A DNA stretch of 64,000 nt from an uncultured candidatus Brocadiaceae bacterium. Its GTDB lineage: Bacteria; Planctomycetota; Brocadiia; SM23-32. A program made the position numbers and the translations under genes. The notes beneath the pieces were generated by a model. It made no database searches and was not told where the DNA came from. It was given only the letters and a program-made list of their open reading frames with translations. Numbering within the stretch: position 1 is the stretch's first letter; each line of letters starts with the position of its first letter. The stretch is from positions 8,321 through 72,320 of the forward strand of contig CAYSWA010000007.1 in NCBI GenBank assembly GCA_964434535.1, in the 5' to 3' direction. Positions 59,918 through 64,000 of this stretch are shown here, piece by piece.

Positions 59918-61015
59918 ATGAAGGGCCTGATCGCACTGGAAGACGGGCGGACCTTCGCGGGCGAGTCCTTCGGCGCCGAGGGCAAGCGAGCCGGGGAGGC
60001 CGTCTTCAACACCAGCATGACCGGCTACCAGGAGGCCCTTACCGACCCGTCCTACCGGGGGCAGATCGTCACGATGACCTATCCCCTGATCGGCAACTAC
60101 GGCACGAACCGGCGGGACGTGGAGTCCGAGCGCCCCCAGGTCGAGGGATTCGTAGTCCGCCAGTACTGCCCCTACCCGTCGAACCACGAGGCCGAGTGGA
60201 CGCTCGCCGAGTACCTGGTCCGCCACGGGGTGGTCGCCCTGAGCGAGGTGGACACGCGGGCCTTCACCCGGCACATCCGCCGCGCGGGGGCGATGCGCGC
60301 CGTGATCGCCTCCGGCGATCATGACCCCGACGCGCTGGTGGAGGAGGCCCGCAGCAGCCCCGGCCTGATCGGGCGCGACCTGGTACGCGAGGTGACCTGC
60401 GATGCGCCCTACGTCTTCGCCGAGGGCGAGCCGGGGGCGCTGCACGTGGTGGTCTACGACTTCGGCGTGAAGCGGAACATCCTGCGCTGCCTGGCCGGCA
60501 TGGGCTTCCGCGTCACCGTCGTGCCGGCCGGCACGAGCGCCGAGGAGGCGCTCTCCCAAGGGCCGGACGGGGTACTGCTCTCCAACGGACCGGGCGACCC
60601 CGAGGGCGTGCCCTACGCCGTCGAGGCGACCCGCGGCCTGATCGGCCGGGTGCCGCTGTTCGGTATCTGCCTGGGGCACGAGTTCCTCGGGCTCGCCCTC
60701 GGCGGCGAGATGCGCAAGCTGAAGTTCGGACACCGCGGCGCCAACCACCCCGTCAAGGACCTGCGCACCGGCGAGATCGACATCACCTGCCAGAACCACA
60801 GCTTCAACATCGAGATGGACTCGCTCGACCCCGGCGAGGTCGAGATCACGCACGTGAACCTGAACGACATGACCGCCGCCGGGCTGCGCCACCGCCGGCT
60901 GCCCGTCGCCTCGGTGCAGTACCACCCCGAGGCAAGCGCCGGCCCCCACGACGCCCGCCACCTCTTCGACCGCTTCCGCGAGATGATGCTCGCCGAGCGG
61001 GGGGGAGAGGAATGA
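59918..61015 (+). CDS. carA: carbamoyl-phosphate synthase small (glutaminase) subunit
   Basis: MKGLIALEDGRTFAGESFGAEG...TGYQEALTDPSY. GATase GICLGHEF...QYHPEAS. Confidence 0.9.
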   Translation: MKGLIALEDGRTFAGESFGAEGKRAGEAVFNTSMTGYQEALTDPSYRGQIVTMTYPLIGNYGTNRRDVESERPQVEGFVVRQYCPYPSNHEAEWTLAEYLVRHGVVALSEVDTRAFTRHIRRAGAMRAVIASGDHDPDALVEEARSSPGLIGRDLVREVTCDAPYVFAEGEPGALHVVVYDFGVKRNILRCLAGMGFRVTVVPAGTSAEEALSQGPDGVLLSNGPGDPEGVPYAVEATRGLIGRVPLFGICLGHEFLGLALGGEMRKLKFGHRGANHPVKDLRTGEIDITCQNHSFNIEMDSLDPGEVEITHVNLNDMTAAGLRHRRLPVASVQYHPEASAGPHDARHLFDRFREMMLAERGGEE

Positions 61016-61017
61016 AC

Positions 61018-61482
61018 CACCACGGAGACACCGAGGCACGGAGAACGGCGAAGAAGCGGGATGCCGGCCAGCAGGGCCTGGTGGGCGGAGACGCTGAGCG
61101 AGCAGGTGATCGGGGCGGCTATCGAGGTGCACAAAGCGCTGAGACCGGGCCTGCTCGAGTCCGTATACGAGGAGTGCCTTTGCCACGAGCTTCACTTGCG
61201 GGGCGTGGGTTTCCGCCGGCAGGTGAACCTTCCGGTGGCCTACAAGGGCATCAAGCTGACGAGCGGGCACCGGATGGACGTGGTCGTGGAAGAAACGCTT
61301 GTCGTGGAGGTCAAGGCCGTGCAGGAGCTATTGCCGGTGCACGAGGCTCAACTGCTCACCTACTTGCGCCTTTCGGGGTTTCCTGTCGGGTTGCTGATGA
61401 ACTTCAACGTTCCGGCGCTGAAAGAGGGGATCGTCCGAAAGGTGCTGTAATAATGAACGCCGTTCTCCGTGTCTCCGTGGTG
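61018..61482. mobile_element. 465-bp cassette with 13-bp perfect terminal inverted repeats (CACCACGGAGACA / TGTCTCCGTGGTG) flanked by 7-bp direct repeat AATGAAC; carries one GxxExxY gene
   Basis: TIR-L 61018-61030 and TIR-R 61470-61482. The extended IR includes CGGAGAACGGCG / CGCCGTTCTCCG. Target-site-duplication-like AATGAAC at 61011-61017 and 61483-61489. The interior GC content is lower. Confidence 0.55.
61061..61450 (+). CDS. GxxExxY protein (PD-(D/E)XK-like nuclease fold)
   Basis: [28 protein letters not shown] (GxxExxY motif)...[16 protein letters not shown], the hallmark of the family. 129 aa. Confidence 0.8.
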   Translation: MPASRAWWAETLSEQVIGAAIEVHKALRPGLLESVYEECLCHELHLRGVGFRRQVNLPVAYKGIKLTSGHRMDVVVEETLVVEVKAVQELLPVHEAQLLTYLRLSGFPVGLLMNFNVPALKEGIVRKVL

Positions 61483-61502
61483 AATGAACCCCGGCAGAAC
61501 AG

Positions 61503-63059
61503 GTGGGGATGAGCCCGACCGAACATGAAGCCGTGGTGGTGCTCGACTTCGGGTCGCAGTACAACCAGCTCATCGCGCGGCGCGTGCGCCAGGCGGGGGT
61601 CTACTGCGAGATCGTGCCGCCCGAGACGAGCGCCGACGAGCTCGCCGCACGGAACCTGAAGGCGCTGATCCTCTCCGGCGGGCCGGCCTCGGCGACCGAT
61701 CCCGGCGCGCCCCGGCTCGATGAGGCGGCGCTGGAGCTCGGCGTGCCGGTCCTCGGCATCTGCTACGGGATGCAGCTCTTAGGGGCGATGCTCGGCGGGG
61801 AAGTGCTGAAGGCCGATTCGCGCGAGTACGGCCCGGCGCGCATCGAGATCGACGAGCCGGACGAGCTGTTCGCCGACCTGCCCGAGGCGCTGGACGTCTG
61901 GATGAGCCACGGCGACCAGGTCAGCCGCATGCCGGACGGTTTCGTGCGCCTCGCCCACACGTCGACCTGCCCGGTGGCCGCCATGGGCGACGCCGACCGC
62001 GGCATCTACGCCGTCCAGTTCCACCCCGAGGTGGTGCACACCCCACGCGGGCCGGACATCTTCCGCAACTTCCTCTACGGGATCGCCGGCTGCGCGGGCG
62101 ACTGGACCATGGCGAGCCTCGTGGAGGAAGCCGTGCGCCGCATCCGCCGGCAGGTCGGCTCCGAGCGGGTCATCTGCGCGCTTTCGGGCGGCGTGGACTC
62201 CACCGTGGTGGCGGCGCTGCTGAATGAAGCCGTCGGCGAGCAGGCCGTCTGCGTCTTCGTCGACAACGGGCTGCTGCGCGCGGGCGAGGCGGAGGAGATC
62301 CGCCGGTTCTTCCGGGACGAATACCCGGTCAACTTCCGGTTCGTCGCCGCCGCCGGCCGGTTCCTCCACGCCTTGGAGGGCGTGGTCGACCCGGAACAGA
62401 AGCGGAAGGTGATCGGGCAAGTCTTCATCGACGTCTTCCGGGAGGAGGCCGAGGAGATCGGCGAGGCCCGCTTCCTGGCCCAGGGGACGCTGTATCCGGA
62501 CGTGATCGAGAGCCGCTCCGCGCACGGCGGCCCGTCCGCCACCATCAAGAGCCACCACAACGTGGGGGGGCTGCCGGACGACCTGGAGTTCGAGCTGATC
62601 GAGCCGCTGCGCGAGCTGTTCAAGGACGAGGTCCGGGCGCTCGGTCGCGATCTCGGGCTGCCCGAGTCCGTCCTCACCCGCCAGCCCTTCCCCGGGCCGG
62701 GGCTGGCCGTGCGCATCGTCGGCGAGGTCACGCCGCAGCGCCTGCGCGTTCTGCGCCAGGCCGACCGGCGCGTCCAGGAGGAGGTCGAGCGCTGGGAGGG
62801 CTACGGCGCGGTCTGGCAGTCCTTCGCCGTGCTGCTGCCGGTGCGCAGCGTCGGCGTGATGGGCGACGAGCGGACGTATGCGAACGTGGTCGCGCTGCGC
62901 ATTGTCAGCAGCGTGGACGCAATGACGTCCGACTGGGTCCGGCTACCGCACGAGATCCTGGCCCGCATCTCCGGGCGCATCATCAACGAGGTGGAGGGCG
63001 TCAACCGCGTCGTCTACGACATCAGCCCCAAGCCGCCGAGCACGATCGAGTGGGAGTGA
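61503..63059 (+). CDS. guaA: GMP synthase (glutamine-hydrolysing)
   Basis: GATase ICYGMQ...QFHPEV. ATP-PPase SGGVDSTV. C-terminal dimerisation domain ending IEWE. Confidence 0.9.
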   Translation: MGMSPTEHEAVVVLDFGSQYNQLIARRVRQAGVYCEIVPPETSADELAARNLKALILSGGPASATDPGAPRLDEAALELGVPVLGICYGMQLLGAMLGGEVLKADSREYGPARIEIDEPDELFADLPEALDVWMSHGDQVSRMPDGFVRLAHTSTCPVAAMGDADRGIYAVQFHPEVVHTPRGPDIFRNFLYGIAGCAGDWTMASLVEEAVRRIRRQVGSERVICALSGGVDSTVVAALLNEAVGEQAVCVFVDNGLLRAGEAEEIRRFFRDEYPVNFRFVAAAGRFLHALEGVVDPEQKRKVIGQVFIDVFREEAEEIGEARFLAQGTLYPDVIESRSAHGGPSATIKSHHNVGGLPDDLEFELIEPLRELFKDEVRALGRDLGLPESVLTRQPFPGPGLAVRIVGEVTPQRLRVLRQADRRVQEEVERWEGYGAVWQSFAVLLPVRSVGVMGDERTYANVVALRIVSSVDAMTSDWVRLPHEILARISGRIINEVEGVNRVVYDISPKPPSTIEWE

Positions 63060-63125
63060 TTCGACAAAGGATTGCGGATTGGGGATTGAGCACACTGACC
63101 ACTGACCACTGGCCACCGCCGTAGA

Positions 63126-64000
63126 ATGCCCCGACGGGACGACATCCACAAGATACTGATCATCGGCTCGGGCCCGATCGTGATCGGCCAGGCCTGCGAG
63201 TTCGACTACTCCGGCACGCAGGCGTGCAAGGCGATCCGCGAGGAAGGCTACCAGATCGTGCTGCTGAACTCGAACCCGGCCACGATCATGACCGACCCGG
63301 CCGTCGCCGACCAGACCTACGTGGAGCCGATCACCGTCGAGACGCTCTCGCGCATCATCGCGCGCGAGGAGCCCGACGCGCTGCTGGCCACGCTCGGCGG
63401 GCAGACGGCGCTGAACGTGGCCGTGCAGGCGTGGCAGTCCGGCCTGCTGGAGGCACGGGGGGTCGAGATGATCGGGGCCAACTACGAGGCCATCCGCACG
63501 GCCGAGGACCGCGAGGTCTTCCGCGCCGCCCTCCAGCAGATCGGCATCGACCTGCCGCGCAGCGAGGCCGTCCACTGCCGCGCCGAGGCCGAGCGCGTCG
63601 CCGCCCGGATCGGCTTCCCCCTGGTGATCCGGCCCAGCTACACCCTGGGCGGCACCGGCGGCTCGATGGCCTACAACGCCGATGAGTTCCGCGACGCCGT
63701 CGCCATGGGCCTCGAGGCGAGCATGGTCAATGAAGTGCTGATCGAGGAGGCCGTGATCGGCTGGAAGGAGTTCGAGCTGGAGGTGATGCGCGACCGCAAG
63801 GACAATGTGGTCATCATCTGCTCGATCGAGAACCTGGACCCGATGGGCGTGCACACGGGCGACTCGATCACGGTCGCCCCGGCCCAGACGCTGACCGACC
63901 GGCAGTACCAGGCCATGCGCGACGCCGCCATCGCCATCATCCGCAGGGTCGGCGTCGAGACGGGCGGCTCCAACATCCAGTTCGCCGTGGACCCCGCGAC
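63126..64000 (+). CDS. carB: carbamoyl-phosphate synthase large subunit (5' part; continues beyond window)
   Basis: [36 protein letters not shown]...ATP-grasp motifs. No stop before the window end. Confidence 0.9.
   Translation, partial: MPRRDDIHKILIIGSGPIVIGQACEFDYSGTQACKAIREEGYQIVLLNSNPATIMTDPAVADQTYVEPITVETLSRIIAREEPDALLATLGGQTALNVAVQAWQSGLLEARGVEMIGANYEAIRTAEDREVFRAALQQIGIDLPRSEAVHCRAEAERVAARIGFPLVIRPSYTLGGTGGSMAYNADEFRDAVAMGLEASMVNEVLIEEAVIGWKEFELEVMRDRKDNVVIICSIENLDPMGVHTGDSITVAPAQTLTDRQYQAMRDAAIAIIRRVGVETGGSNIQFAVDPA

Noticed and set aside
63085-63112. Short tandem CACTGAC-CACTGAC-CACTGGC in the guaA-carB spacer
   Set aside because: It has only about 3 imperfect units without spacers or flanking structure, which is too short for a CRISPR array or a meaningful satellite.
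63121-63128. TAGAAT hexamer at the carB start
   Set aside because: The hexamer overlaps the ATG itself (taGAATGcc), so it cannot be the -10 for this start. It is a coincidental match.

Overview
This is a 64-kb, roughly 70% GC bacterial chromosomal window, densely packed with genes and no rRNA, tRNA or CRISPR. A DUF1559 prepilin-like gene and Planctomycete-style repeat features suggest a Planctomycetota/PVC-type genome. All protein-family calls are by-eye motif recognition; no database search was possible. The annotation splits into three parts. (1) 1-20 kb holds housekeeping genes (HAD hydrolase, PfkB kinase, radA, lysA, a secreted HEAT-repeat protein, TIM-barrel sugar-phosphate isomerase, pyrG, hisFH, a cupin, tsaD, larB, nnr) plus a cobalamin riboswitch heading a DUF1559/BtuFCD-like operon. 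(2) 20-43 kb contains a MoxR-DUF58-transglutaminase operon, a GH42 beta-galactosidase, mazG, proC, ispF, an ECF-sigma/FecR-anti-sigma/vWA fusion protein, a truncated ABC-exporter-like gene behind a strong promoter and operator palindrome, BamD- and LptE-like lipoproteins, ftsH, and an orphan sensor kinase. (3) 41-64 kb is a nitrogen / glutamine-amidotransferase supercluster: FMN GltB-like protein, two GAF-sigma54-HTH NifA-like activators (one with a degenerate KaiC-like N-terminus), purF, a porin-amt-glnK operon, glnA with a near-consensus sigma-54 promoter, gltBD, carA, guaA and carB. The most unusual signals are: the B12 riboswitch in front of a pilin-like DUF1559 gene linked to btuFCD; a novel AACCTAC/GTAGGTT inverted-repeat motif recurring upstream of the nitrogen genes; a roughly 90-nt structured dispersed repeat present in two copies; and a GxxExxY gene carried on a 465-bp cassette with perfect 13-bp terminal inverted repeats and a 7-bp target-site duplication inserted between carA and guaA. 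Many long ORFs in the six-frame track are antisense shadows of real genes caused by GC-rich codon bias and were rejected.
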